Both the position numbers and the translations under genes were made by a program. From Eledone cirrhosa (taxonomy: Eukaryota), in the NCBI GenBank assembly GCA_964016885.1, contig OZ024740.1, forward strand, positions 439,270,001 to 439,334,000: DNA of 64,000 nucleotides, read 5' to 3'. The notes below the pieces were generated by a model. It saw nothing but the letters and a program-made list of their open reading frames with translations. It did not search any database and had not been told where the DNA came from. Position 1 is the first letter of the stretch. The number at the start of each line of letters is the position of its first letter. Shown here piece by piece: positions 1 through 15,100 of the stretch.

Positions 1-3000
1 CACATCTATCCATCTGAAACACACTCACCCCAGCCACGGCTAAGAAACCACATCTACCCATCTTAGACACACTCACCCCAGCCACGGCTAAGAAACCACA
101 TCTAGCCATCTTAGACACACTCACCCCAACCACGGCTAAGAAACCACATCTAGCCACCTTAGACACACTCACCCCAACCACGGCTAAGAAACCACATCTA
201 GCCATCTTAGACACACTCACACCAGCCACGGCTAAGAAACCACATCTAGCCATCTTAGACACACTCACCCCAACAATGGCTAAGAAACCACATCTAGCCA
301 TCTTAGACACACTCACACCAGCCACGGCTAAGAAACCACATCTAGCCATCTTAGACACACTCACCCCAACCACGGCTAAGAAACCACATCTAGCCACCTT
401 AGACACACTCACCCCAGCCACGGCTAAGAAACCACATCTAGACATCTGAGACACACTCACCCCAGCTACGGCTAAGAAACCACATCTACCCATCTTAGAC
501 ACACTCACCCCAGCCACGGCTAAGAAATCACATCTAGCCATCTGAGACACACTCACCACAGCCACGGTTAAGAAACCACATCTACCCATCTGAGACACAC
601 TCACCCCAGCCACGGCTAAGAAACCACATCTAGCCATCTTAGACACACTCACCCCAGCCACGGCTAAGAAACCACATCTAGACATCTGAGACACACTCAC
701 CCCAACCACGGCTAAGAAACCACATCTAGCCATCTTAGACACACTCACCCCAGCCACGGCTAAGAAACCACATCTAGACATCTTAGACACACTCACCCCA
801 GCCACGGCTAAGAAACCACATCTAGACATCTGAGACACACTCACCCCAGCCACGGCTAAGAAACCACATCTAGACATCTGAGACACACTCACCCCAACCA
901 CGGCTAAGAAACCACATCTAGCCATCTTAGACACACTCACCCCAGCCACGGCTAAGAAACCACATCTAGACATCTTAGACACACTCACCCCAGCCACGGC
1001 TAAGAAACCACATCTAGACATCTGAGACACACTCACCCCAGCCACGGCTAAGAAACCACATCTAGACATCTTAGACACACTCACCCCAGCCACGGCTAAG
1101 AAACCACATCTAGGCATCTGAGACACACTCACCCCAACCACGGCTAAGAAACCACATCTAGCCATCTAAGACACACTCACCCCAGCCACGGCTAAGAAAC
1201 CACATCTAGACATCTTAGACACACTCACCCCAGCCACGGCTAAGAAACCACATCTAGCCATCTGAGACACACTCACCACAGCCACGGTTAAGAAACCACA
1301 TCTAGACATCTGAGACACACTCACCCCAGCCACGGCTAAGAAACCACATCTAGCCATCTTAGACACACTCACCCCAGCCACGGCTAAGAAACCACATCTA
1401 ACCATCTGAGACACACTCACCCCAGCCACGGCTAAGAAACCACATCTAGCCATCTTAGACACACTGACCCCAGCCACGGCTAAGAAACCACATCTAGCCA
1501 TCTGAGACACACTCACCCCAGCCACGGCTAAGAAACCACATCTAGCCATCGGAGACACTCTCACCCCAGCCACAGCTAAGAAACCACCTCTAGACATCTG
1601 AGACAGACTCACCCTAGCCACGGCTAAGAAACCACATCTAGCCATCTGAGACCACTCACCCCAGCCATGGCTAAGAAACCACATCTAGCCATCGGAGACA
1701 CTCTCACCCCAGCCACGGCTAAGAAACCACATCTACCCATCTTAGACACACTCACCCCAGCCACGGCTAAGAAACCACATCTAGCCATCTGAAACACACT
1801 CACCCCAGCCACGGCTAAGAAACCACATCTACCCATCTGAGACACTCTCTCCCCAGCCACGGCTAAGAAACCACATCTACCCATCTTAGACACACTCACC
1901 CCAGCCACGGCTAAGAAACCACATCTAGCCATCGGAGACACTCTCACCCCAGCCACGGCTAAGAAACCACATCTAGCCATCTGAGACACACTCACCCCAG
2001 CCACGGCTAAGAAACCACATCTAGCCATCTGAGATACACTCACCCCAGCCACGGCTAAGAAACCACATCTAGCCATCGGAGACACTCTCACCCCAGCCAC
2101 GGCTAAGAAACCACATCTATCCATCTGAAACACACTCACCCCAGCCACGGCTAAGAAACCACATCTACCCATCTTAGACACACTCACCCCAGCCACGGCT
2201 AAGAAACCACATCTAGCCATCTTAGACACACTCACCCCAACCACGGCTAAGAAACCACATCTAGCCACCTTAGACACACTCACCCCAACCACGGCTAAGA
2301 AACCACATCTAGCCATCTTAGACACACTCACCCCAACCACGGCTAAGAAACCACATCTAGCCACCTTAGACACACTCACCCCAGCCACGGCTAAGAAACC
2401 ACATCTAGACATCTGAGGCACACTCACCCCAGCTACGGCTAAGAAACCACATCTACCCATCTTAGACACACTCACCCCAGCCACGGCTAAGAAATCACAT
2501 CTAGCCATCTGAGACACACTCACCACAGCCACGGTTAAGAAACCACATCTACCCATCTGAGACACACTCACCCCAGCCACGGCTAAGAAACCACATCTAG
2601 CCATCTTAGACACACTCACCCCAGCCACGGCTAAGAAACCACATCTAGACATCTGAGACACACTCACCCCAACCACGGCTAAGAAACCACATCTAGCCAT
2701 CTTAGACACACTCACCCCAGCCACGGCTAAGAAACCACATCTAGACATCTTAGACACACTCACCCCAGCCACGGCTAAGAAACCACATCTAGACATCTGA
2801 GACACACTCACCCCAGCCACGGCTAAGAAACCACATCTAGACATCTGAGACACACTCACCCCAACCACGGCTAAGAAACCACATCTAGCCATCTTAGACA
2901 CACTCACCCCAGCCACGGCTAAGAAACCACATCTAGACATCTTAGACACACTCACCCCAGCCACGGCTAAGAAACCACATCTAGACATCTGAGACACACT

Positions 3001-3390
3001 CACCCCAGCCACGGCTAAGAAACCACATCTAGACATCTTAGACACACTCACCCCAGCCACGGCTAAGAAACCACATCTAGGCATCTGAGACACACTCACC
3101 CCAACCACGGCTAAGAAACCACATCTAGCCATCTAAGACACACTCACCCCAGCCACGGCTAAGAAACCACATCTAGACATCTTAGACACACTCACCCCAG
3201 CCACGGCTAAGAAACCACATCTAGCCATCTGAGACACACTCACCACAGCCACGGTTAAGAAACCACATCTAGACATCTGAGACACACTCACCCCAGCCAC
3301 GGCTAAGAAACCACATCTAGCCATCTTAGACACACTCACCCCAGCCACGGCTAAGAAACCACATCTAGCCATCTGAGACACACTCACCCC
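1..3390 (+). repeat. About 2-kb higher-order duplication (about 1-1420 repeated at about 2112-3390)
   Basis: Rare markers recur at matched offsets: TATCCATCTGAAAC at about 7 and about 2118 (offset 2111); TAGGCATC at 1111/3078, ATCTAAG at 1164/3131 and AAATCAC at 525/2492 (offset 1967 = 41x48-1, which includes the 1-bp deletion at about 1652). Confidence 0.85.
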
Positions 3391-5189
3391 AGCCACAGCT
3401 AAGAAACCACATCTAGCCATCATCTTAGACGCACTCACCCCAGCCACGGCTAAGAAACCACATCTATCCATCTTAGACACACTCACACCAGCCACGGCTA
3501 AGAAACCACATCTAGCCATCTTAGACACACTCACCCCAGCCACGGCTAAGAAACCACATCTAGCCATCTTAGACACACTCACCCCAGCCACCGTTAAGAA
3601 ACCACATCTAGACATCTTAGACACACTGACCCCAGGCACGGCTAAGAAACCACATCTAGCCATCTTTGACACACTCACCCCAGCCACGGCTAAGAAACCA
3701 CATCTAGCCATCTTTGACACACTCACCCCAGCCACGGCTAAGAAACCACATCTAGCCATCTTAGACACACTCACCCCAGCCACGGCTAAGAAACCACATC
3801 TAGCCATCTTAGACACACTCACACCAGCCACGGCTAAGAAACCACATCTAGCCATCTTAGACACACTCACCCCAGCCACGGCTAAGAAACCACATCTATC
3901 CATCTTAGACACCCTCAACCCAGCCACGGCTAAGAAACCACATCTAGCCATCTTAGACACCCTCACCCCAGCCACGGCGAAGAAACCACATCTAGCCATC
4001 TGAGACACACTGACCCCAGCCACGGCTAAGAAACCACATCTAGCCATCTGAGACACACTGACCCCAGCCACGGCTAAGAAACCACATCTAGCCATCGGAG
4101 ACACTCTCACCCCATAAACGGCTAAGAAACCACATCTAGCCATCTGAAACACACTCACCCCAGCCACGGCTAAGAAACCACATCTACCCATCTTAGACAC
4201 ACTCACCCCAGCCACGGCTAAGAAACCACATCTAGCCATCTTAGACACACTCACCCCAACCACGGCTAAGAAACCACATCTAGCCATCTTAGACACACTC
4301 ACACCAGCCACGGCTAAGAAACCACATCTAGCCATCTTAGACACACTCACCCCAACCACGGCTAAGAAACCACATCTAGCCATCTTAGACACCCTCAACC
4401 CAGCCACGGCTAAGAAACCACATCTAGCCATCTTAGACACACTCACCCCAGCCACGGCTAAGAAACCACATCTAGCCATCTTAGACACACTCACACCAGC
4501 CACGGCTAAGAAACCACATCTAGCCATCTTAGACACACTCACACCAGCCACGGCTAAGAAACCACATCTAGACATATGAGACACACTCACCCCAGCTACG
4601 GCTAAGAAACCACATCTAGCCATCTTAGACACACTCACACCAGCCACGGCTAAGAAACCACATCTAGCCATCTTAGACACACTCACACCAGCCACGGCTA
4701 AGAAACCACATCTAGACATCTGAGACACACTCACCCCAGCTACGGCTAAGAAACCACATCTACCCATCTTAGACACACTCACCCCAGCCACGGCTAAGAA
4801 ATCACATCTAGCCATCTGAGACACACTCACCACAGCCACGGTTAAGAAACCACATCTACCCATCTGAGACACACTCACCCCAGCCACGGCTAAGAAACCA
4901 CATCTAGCCATCTTAGACACACTCACCCCAGCCACGGCTAAGAAACCACATCTAGACATCTGAGACACACTCACCCCAACCACGGCTAAGAAAACACATC
5001 TAGCCATCTTAGACACACTCACCCCAGCCACGGCTAAGAAACCACATCTAGACATCTTAGACACACTCACCCCAGCCACGGCTAAGAAACCACATCTAGA
5101 CATCTGAGACACACTCACCCCAGCCACGGCTAAGAAACCACATCTAGCCATCTTAGACACACTCACCCCAGCCACGGCTAAGAAACCAC

Positions 5190-5830
5190 ATCTAGACATC
5201 TGAGACACACTCACCCCAACCACGGCTAAGAAACCACATCTAGACATCTGAGACACACTCACCCCAACCACGGCTAAGAAACCACATCTAGACATCTGAG
5301 ACACACTCACCCCAACCACGGCTAAGAAACCACATCTAGACATCTGAGACACACTCACCCCAACCACGGCTAAGAAACCACATCTAGACATCTGAGACAC
5401 ACTCACCCCAACCACGGCTAAGAAACCACATCTAGACATCTGAGACACACTCACCCCAGCCACGGCTAAGAAACCACATCTAGCCATCTTAGACACACTC
5501 ACCCCAGCCACGGCTAAGAAACCACATCTAGACATCTGAGACACACTCACCCCAACCACGGCTAAGAAACCACATCTAGACATCTGAGACACACTCACCC
5601 CAACCACGGCTAAGAAACCACATCTAGACATCTGAGACACACTCACCCCAACCACGGCTAAGAAACCACATCTAGACATCTGAGACACACTCACCCCAAC
5701 CACGGCTAAGAAACCACATCTAGACATCTGAGACACACTCACCCCAACCACGGCTAAGAAACCACATCTAGACATCTGAGACACACTCACCCCAACCACG
5801 GCTAAGAAACCACATCTAGACATCTGAGAC
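5190..5830 (+). repeat. Locally homogenised run of the AGACATCTGAG...CCAACC monomer variant
   Basis: About 11-12 of 14 consecutive monomers are the same triple variant, seen in the ORF track as repeated QMSRCGFLAVVGVSVS. Confidence 0.85.
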
Positions 5831-8800
5831 ACACTCACCCCAATCACGGCTAAGAAACCACATCTAGACATCTTAGACACACTCACCCCAGCCACGGCAA
5901 AGAAACCACATCTAGACATCTGAGACACACTCACCCCAACCACGGCTAAGAAACCACATCTAGACATCTGAGACACACTCACCACAGCCACGGCTAAGAA
6001 ACCACATCTAGCCACCTTAGACACACTCACCCCAGCCACGGCTAAGAAACCACATCTAGACATCTGAGACACACTCACCCCAACCACGGCTAAGAAACCA
6101 CATCTAGACATCTTAGACACACTCACCCCAGCCACGGCTAAGAAACCACATCTAGACATCTGAAACACACTCACCCCAACCACGGCTAAGAAACCACATC
6201 TAGACATCTGAGACACACACACCCCAGCCACGGCTAAGAAACCACATCTAGCCACCTTAGACACACTCACCCCAGCCACAGCTAAGAAACCACATCTAGA
6301 CATCTTAGACACACTCACCCCAGCCACGGCTAAGAAACCACATCTAGCCATCTGAGACACACTCACCCCAGCCACGGCTAAGAAACCACATCTAGCCATC
6401 TTAGACACACTCACCCCAGCCACGGCTAAGAAACCACATCTAGACATCTTAGACACACTCACCCCAGCCACGGCTAAGAAACCACATCTAGACATCTTAG
6501 ACACACTCACCCCAGCCACGGCTAAGAAACCACATCTAGGCATCTGAGACACACTCACCCCAACCACGGCTAAGAAACCACATCTAGCCATCTTAGACAC
6601 ACTCACCCCAGCCACGGCTAAGAAACCACATCTAGCCATCTTAGACACACTCACACCAGCCACGGCTAAGAAACCACATCTAGCCATCTTAGACACACTC
6701 ACCCCAGCCACGGCTAAGAAACCACATCTAGCCATCTGAGACACACTCACCCCAGCCACAGCTAAGAAACCACATCTAGCCATCATCTTAGACGCACTCA
6801 CCCCAGCCACGGCTAAGAAACCACATCTATCCATCTTAGACACACTCACACCAGCCACGGCTAAGAAACCACATCTAGCCATCTTAGACACACTCACCCC
6901 AGCCACGGCTAAGAAACCACATCTAGCCATCTTAGACACACTCACCCCAACCACGGTTAAGAAACCACATCTAGACATCTTAGACACACTGACCCCAGGC
7001 ACGGCTAAGAAACCACATCTAACCATCTTTGACACACTCACCCCAGCCACGGCTAAGAAACCACATCTAGCCATCTTAGACACACTCACCCCAGCCACGG
7101 CTAAGAAACCACATCTAGCTATCTTAGACACACTCACCCCAGCCACGGCTAAGAAACCACATTTACCCATCTTAGACACACTCACCCCAACCACGGCTAA
7201 GAAACCACATCTAGCCATCATCTTAGACACACTCACACCAGCCACGGCTAAGACACCACATCTACCCATCTTAGACACCCTCACCCCAGCCACGGCTAAG
7301 AAACTACATCTAGCCATCATAGACACACTCACCCCAGCCACGGCGAAGAAACCACATCTTCCCATCTTAGACACCCTCAACCCAGCCACGGCTAAGAAAC
7401 CACATCTAGCCATCTTAGACACACTTACCCCAGCCACAGCTAAGAAACCACATCTACCCATCTTAGACACACTCACCCCAGCCACGGCTAAGAAACCACA
7501 TCTAGCCATCTGAGACACACTGACCCCAGCCACGGCTAAGAAACCACATCTAGCCATCTTACACACACTCACCCCAGCCACAGCTAAGAAACCACATCTA
7601 CCCATCTTAGACACACTCAACCCAGCCACGGCTAAGAAACCACATCTAGCCATCTGAGACACACTGACCCCAGCCACAGCTAAGAAACCACATCTACCCA
7701 TCTTAGACACCCTCACCCCAGCCACGGCTAAGAAACCACATCTACCCATCTTAGACACCCTCAACCCAGCCACGCCTAAGAAACCACATCTAGCCATCTG
7801 AGACACACTGACCCCAGCCACGGCTAAGAAACCACATCTAGCAATCTTAGACACCCTCAACCCAGCCACGGCTAAGAAACCACATCTACCCATCTTAGAC
7901 ACCCTCAACCCAGCCACGGCTAAGAAACCACATCTAGCCATCTGAGACACACTCACCCCAGCCACGGCGAAGAAACCACATCTTCCCATCTTAGACACAC
8001 TCACCCCAGCCACGGCGAAGAAACCACATCTAGCCATCTGAGACACACTCACCCCAGACACGGCTAAGAAACCACTTCTAGCCATCTTAGACACACTCAC
8101 CCAAGCCACGGCTAAGAAACCACATCTAGCCATCTTAGACACACTCACACCAGCCACGGCTAAGAAACCACATCTAGCCATCTTAGACACCCTCAACCCA
8201 GCCACGGCTAAGAAACCACTTCTAGCCATCTTAGACACACTCACCCCAGCCACGGCGAAGAAACCACATCTAGCCATCTTAGATACACTCACCCCAGCCA
8301 CGGCGAAGAAACCACATCTAGCCATCTTAGACACACTCACCCCAGACACGGCTAAGAAACCACTTCTAGCCATCTTAGACACACTCACCCCAGCCACGGC
8401 TAAGAAACCACATCTAGCCATCTTAGACACACTCACTCCAGTCACGGCTAAGAAACCACATCTAGCCATCTGAGACACACTCACCCCAGCCACGGCGAAG
8501 AAACCACATCTAGCCATCTGAGACACACTCACCCCAGACACGGCTAAGAAACCACATCTAGCCATCTTAGACACACTCACCCCAGCCACGGCGAAGAAAC
8601 CACATCTAGCCATCTTAGATACACTCACCCCAGCCACGGCGAAGAAACCACATCTAGCCATCTTAGACACACTCACCCCAGCCACGGCTAAGAAACCACA
8701 TTTACCCATCTTAGACACACTCACCCCAGCCACAGCTAAGAAACCACATCTAGCCATCATCTTAGACGCACTCACCCCAGCCACGGCTAAGAAACCACAT

Positions 8801-9183
8801 CTATCCATCTTAGACACACACACCCCAGCCACAGCTAAGAAACCACATCTATCCATCTTAGACACCCTCAACCCAGCCACGGCTAAGAAACCACATCTAG
8901 CCATCTTAGACACCCTCAACCCAGCCACGGCTAAGCAACCACATCTAGCCATCTTAGACACACTGACCCCAGCCACGGCTAAGAAACCACATCTAGCCAT
9001 CTGAGACACACTGACCCCAGCCACGGCTAAGAAACCACATCTAGCCATCTTAGACACACTCACCCGAGCCACGGCTAAGAAACCACATCTAGCCATCTGA
9101 GACACACTCACCCCAGCCACGGCTAAGAAACCACATCTACCCATCTTAGACACCCTCACCCCAGCCACGGCTAAGAAACCACA

Positions 9184-12100
9184 TCAAGCCATCTTAGACA
9201 CACTCACACCAGTCACGGCTAAGAAACAACATCTAGACATCTGAGACAGACTCACCCCAGCCACAGCGAAGAAACCACATCTAGCCATCTGAGACACACT
9301 GACCCCAGCCACGGCTAAGAAACCACATCTAGCCATCTTAGACACACTTACCCCAGCCACAGCTAAGAAACCACATCAAGCCATCTTAGACACACTCACA
9401 CCAGCCACGGCTAAGAAACCACATCTAGCCATCTGAGACACACTGACCCCAGCCACGGCTAAGAAACCACATCTAGCCATCTTACACACACTCACCCCAG
9501 CCACAGCTAAGAAACCACATCTACCCATCTTAGACACCCTCAACCCAGCCACGGCTAAGAAACCACATCTAGCCATCTGAGACACACTGACCCCAGCCAC
9601 AGCTAAGAAACCACATCTAGCCATCTGAGACAAACTCACCCCAGCCACGGCTAAGAAACCACATCTACCCATCTTAGACACCCTCACCCCAGCCACGGCT
9701 AAGAAACCACATCTACCCATCTTAGACACCCTCAACCCAGCCACGCCTAAGAAACCACATCTAGCCATCTGAGACACACTGACCCCAGCCACGGCTAAGA
9801 AACCACATCTAGCCATCTTAGACACCCTCAACCCAGCCACGGCTAAGAAACCACATCTACCCATCTTAGACACCCTCAACCCAGCCACGGCTAAGAAACC
9901 ACATCTAGCCATCTGAGACACACTCACCCCAGCCACGGCGAAGAAACCACATATAGCCATCTTAGACACACTCACTCCAGTCACGGCTAAGAAACCACAT
10001 CTAGCCATCTGAGACACACTCACCCCAGCCACGGCGAAGAAACCACATCTAGACATCTTAGACACACTCACTCCAGTCACGGCTAAGAAACCACATCTAG
10101 CCATCTTAGACACACTCACCCCAGCCACGGCGAAGAAACCACATCTAGCCATCTGAGACACACTCACCCCAGACACGGCTAAGAAACCACATCTAGCCAT
10201 CTTAGACACACTCACCCCAGCCACGGCGAAGAAACCACATCTAGCCATCTTAGATACACTCACCCCAGCCACGGCGAAGAAACCACATCTAGCCATCTTA
10301 GACACACTCACCCCAGACACGGCTAAGAAACCACTTCTAGCCATCTTAGACACACTCACCCCAGCCACGGCTAAGAAACCACATCTAGCCATCTTAGACA
10401 CACTCACCCCAACCACGGCTAAGAAACCACATCTAGCCATCTTAGACACACTCACACCAGCCACGGCTAAGAAACCACATCTAGCCATCTTAGACACACT
10501 CACACCAACCACGGCTAAGAAACCACATCTAGCCATCTTAGACACACTCACACCAGCCACGGCTAAGAAACCACATCTAGCCATCTTAGACACACTCACC
10601 CCAACCACGGCTAAGAAACCACATCTAGCCACCTTAGACACACTCACCCCAGCCACGGCTAAGAAACCACATCTAGACATCTGAGACACACTCACCCCAG
10701 CTACGGCTAAGAAACCACATCTACCCATCTTAGACACACTCACCCCAGCCACGGCTAAGAAATCACATCTAGCCATCTGAGACACACTCACCACAGCCAC
10801 GGTTAAGAAACCACATCTACCCATCTGAGACAAACTCACCCCAGCCACGGCTAAGAAACCACATCTAGCCATCTTAGACACACTCACCCCAGCCACGGCT
10901 AAGAAACCACATCTAGACATCTGAGACACACTCACCCCAACCACGGCTAAGAAACCACATCTAGCCATCTTAGACACACTCACCCCAGCCACGGCTAAGA
11001 AACCACATCTAGACATCTTAGACACACTCACCCCAGCCACGGCTAAGAAACCACATCTAGACATCTGAGACACACTCACCCCAGCCACTGCTAAGAAACC
11101 ACATCTAGACATCTTAGACACACTCACCCCAGCCACGGCTAAGAAACCACATCTAGCCATCTTAGACACACTCACCCCAACCACGGCTAAGAAACCACAT
11201 CTAGCCATCTTAGACACACTCACACCAGCCACGGCTAAGAAACCACATCTAGCCATCTTAGACACACTCACACCAACCACGGCTAAGAAACCACATCTAG
11301 CCATCTTAGACACACTCACACCAGCCACGGCTAAGAAACCACATCTAGCCATCTTAGACACACTCACCCCAACCACGGCTAAGAAACCACATCTAGCCAC
11401 CTTAGACACACTCACCCCAGCCACGGCTAAGAAACCACATCTAGACATCTGAGACACACTCACCCCAGCTACGGCTAAGAAACCACATCTACCCATCTTA
11501 GACACACTCACCCCAGCCACGGCTAAGAAATCACATCTAGCCATCTGAGACACACTCACCACAGCCACGGTTAAGAAACCACATCTACCCATCTGAGACA
11601 AACTCACCCCAGCCACGGCTAAGAAACCACATCTAGCCATCTTAGACACACTCACCCCAGCCACGGCTAAGAAACCACATCTAGACATCTGAGACACACT
11701 CACCCCAACCACGGCTAAGAAACCACATCTAGCCATCTTAGACACACTCACCCCAGCCACGGCTAAGAAACCACATCTAGACATCTTAGACACACTCACC
11801 CCAGCCACGGCTAAGAAACCACATCTAGACATCTGAGACACACTCACCCCAGCCACTGCTAAGAAACCACATCTAGACATCTTAGACACACTCACCCCAG
11901 CCACGGCTAAGAAACCACATCTAGACATCTTAGACACACTCACCCCAGCCACGGCTAAGAAACCACATCTAGACATCTTAGACACACTGACCCCAGGCAC
12001 GGCTAAGAAACCACATCTAGCCATCTTTGACACACTCACCCCAGCCACGGCTAAGAAACCACATCTAGCCATCTTAGACACACTCACCCCAGCCACGGCT

Positions 12101-15100
12101 AAGAAACCACATCTAGCCATCTTAGACACACTCACCCCAGCCACGGCTAAGAAACCACATCTAGCTATCTTAGACACACTCACCCCAGCCACGGCTAAGA
12201 AACCACATTTACCCATCTTAGACACACTCACTCCAGTCACGGCTAAGAAACCACATCTAGCCATCTGAGACACACTCACCCCAGCCACGGCGAAGAAACC
12301 ACATCTAGCCATCTGAGACACACTCACCCCAGACACGGCTAAGAAACCACATCTAGCCATCTTAGACACACTCACCCCAGCCACGGCGAAGAAACCACAT
12401 CTAGCCATCTTAGATACACTCACCCCAGCCACGGCGAAGAAACCACATCTAGCCATCTTAGACACACTCACCCCAGACACGGCTAAGAAACCACTTCTAG
12501 CCATCTTAGACACACTCACCCCAGCCACGGCTAAGAAACCACATCTAGCCATCTTAGACACACTCACCCCAACCACGGCTGAGAAACCACATCTAGCCAT
12601 CTTAGACACACTCACCCCAGCCACGGCGAAGAAACCACATCTAGCCATCTTAGACACACTCACCCCAACCACGGCTAAGAAACCACATCTAGCCATCTTA
12701 GACACACTCACCCCAGCCACGGCTAAGAAACCACTTCTAGCCATCTTAGACACACTCACCCCAACCACGGCTAAGAAACCACATCTAGCCATCTTAGACA
12801 CACTCACCCCAGCCACGGCTAAGAAACCACATCTACCCATCTTAGACACACTCACCCCAGCCACGGCTAAGAAACCACATCTAGCCATCTTAGACACACT
12901 CACCCCAACCACGGCTAAGAAACCACATCTAGCCATCTTAGACACACTCACCCCAGCCACGGCTAAGAAACCACTTCTAGCCATCTTAGACACACTCACC
13001 CCAGGCACGGCTAAGAAACCACATCTAGCCATCTTAGACACACTCACCCCAACCACGGCTAAGAAACCACATCTACCCATCTTAGACACACTCACCCCAG
13101 CCACGGCGAAGAAACCACATCTAGCCATCTTAGATACACTCACCCCAGCCACGGCGAAGAAACCACATCTAGCCATCTTAGACACACTCACCCCAGACAC
13201 GGCTAAGAAACCACTTCTAGCCATCTTAGACACACTCACACCAGCCACGGCTAAGAAACCACATCTAGCCATCTTAGACACACTCACCCCAACCACGGCT
13301 AAGAAACCACATCTAGCCATCTTAGACACACTCACACCAGCCACGGCTAAGAAACCACATCTAGCCATCTTAGACACACTCACCCCAACCACGGCTAAGA
13401 AACCACATCTAGCCACCTTAGACACACTCACCCCAGCCACGGCTAAGAAACCACATCTAGACATCTGAGACACACTCACCCCAGCTACGGCTAAGAAACC
13501 ACATCTACCCATCTTAGACACACTCACCCCAGCCACGGCTAAGAAATCACATCTAGCCATCTTAGACACACTCACCCCAGCCACGGCTAAGAAACCACAT
13601 CTAGCCATCTTAGACACACTCACCCCAGCCACGGCTAAGAAACCACATCTAGCCATCTTAGACACACTCACCCCAGCCACGGCTAAGAAACCACATCTAG
13701 ACATCTTAGACACACTCACCCCAGCCACGGCTAAGAAACCACATCTAGACATCTTAGACACACTCACCCCAGCCACGGCTAAGAAACCACATCTAGACAT
13801 CTTAGACACACTCACCCCAGCCACGGCTAAGAAACCACATCTAGACATCTTAGACACACTCACCCCAGCCACGGCTAAGAAACCACATCTAGACATCTTA
13901 GACACACTCACCCCAGCCACGGCTAAGAAACCACATCTAGACATCTTAGACACACTCACCCCAGCCACGGCTAAGAAACCACATCTAGACATCTTAGACA
14001 CACTCACCCCAGCCACAGCTAAGAAACCACATCTAGCCATCATCTTAGACGCACTCACCCCAGCCACGGCTAAGAAACCACATCTATCCATCTTAGACAC
14101 ACTCACCCCAGCCACGGCTAAGAAACCACATCTAGCCATCTGAGACACACTCACCCCAGCCACAGCTAAGAAACCACATTTAGCCATCATCTTAGACGCA
14201 CTCACCCCAGCCACGGCTAAGAAACCACATCTATCCATCTTAGACACACTCACACCAGCCACGGCTAAGAAACCACATCTAGCCATCTTAGACACACTCA
14301 CCCCAGCCACGGCTAAGAAACCACATCTACCCATCTTAGACACACTCACCCCAGCCACAGCTAAGAAACCACATCTAGCCATCATCTTAGACGCACTCAC
14401 CCCAGCCACGGCTAAGAAACCACATCTATCCATCTTAGACACACTCACACCAGCCACGGCTAAGAAACCACATCTAGCCATCTTAGACACACTCACCCCA
14501 GCCACGGCGAAGAAACCACATCTTCCCATCTTAGACACACTCACCCCAGCCACGGCGAAGAAACCACATCTAGCCATCTGAGACACACTCACCCCAGACA
14601 CGGCTAAGAAACCACTTCTAGCCATCTTAGACACACTCACCCCAGCCACGGCTAAGAAACCACATCTAGCCATCTTAGACACACTCACACCAGCCACGGC
14701 TAAGAAACCACATCTAGCCATCTTAGACACCCTCAACCCAGCCACGGCTAAGAAACCACTTCTAGCCATCTTAGACACACTCACCCCAGCCACGGCGAAG
14801 AAACCACATCTAGCCATCTTAGATACACTCACCCCAGCCACGGCGAAGAAACCACATCTAGCCATCTTAGACACACTCACCCCAGACACGGCTAAGAAAC
14901 CACTTCTAGCCATCTTAGACACACTCACCCCAGCCACGGCTAAGAAACCACATCTAGCCATCTTAGACACACTCACTCCAGTCACGGCTAAGAAACCACA
15001 TCTAGCCATCTGAGACACACTCACCCCAGCCACGGCGAAGAAACCACATCTAGCCATCTGAGACACACTCACCCCAGACACGGCTAAGAAACCACATCTA

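Noticed and set aside
1645-1660. 1-bp deletion monomer (GAGACCACTC) as a meaningful frameshift site
   Set aside because: It is a singleton in a CA dinucleotide run, consistent with slippage or a base-calling error.
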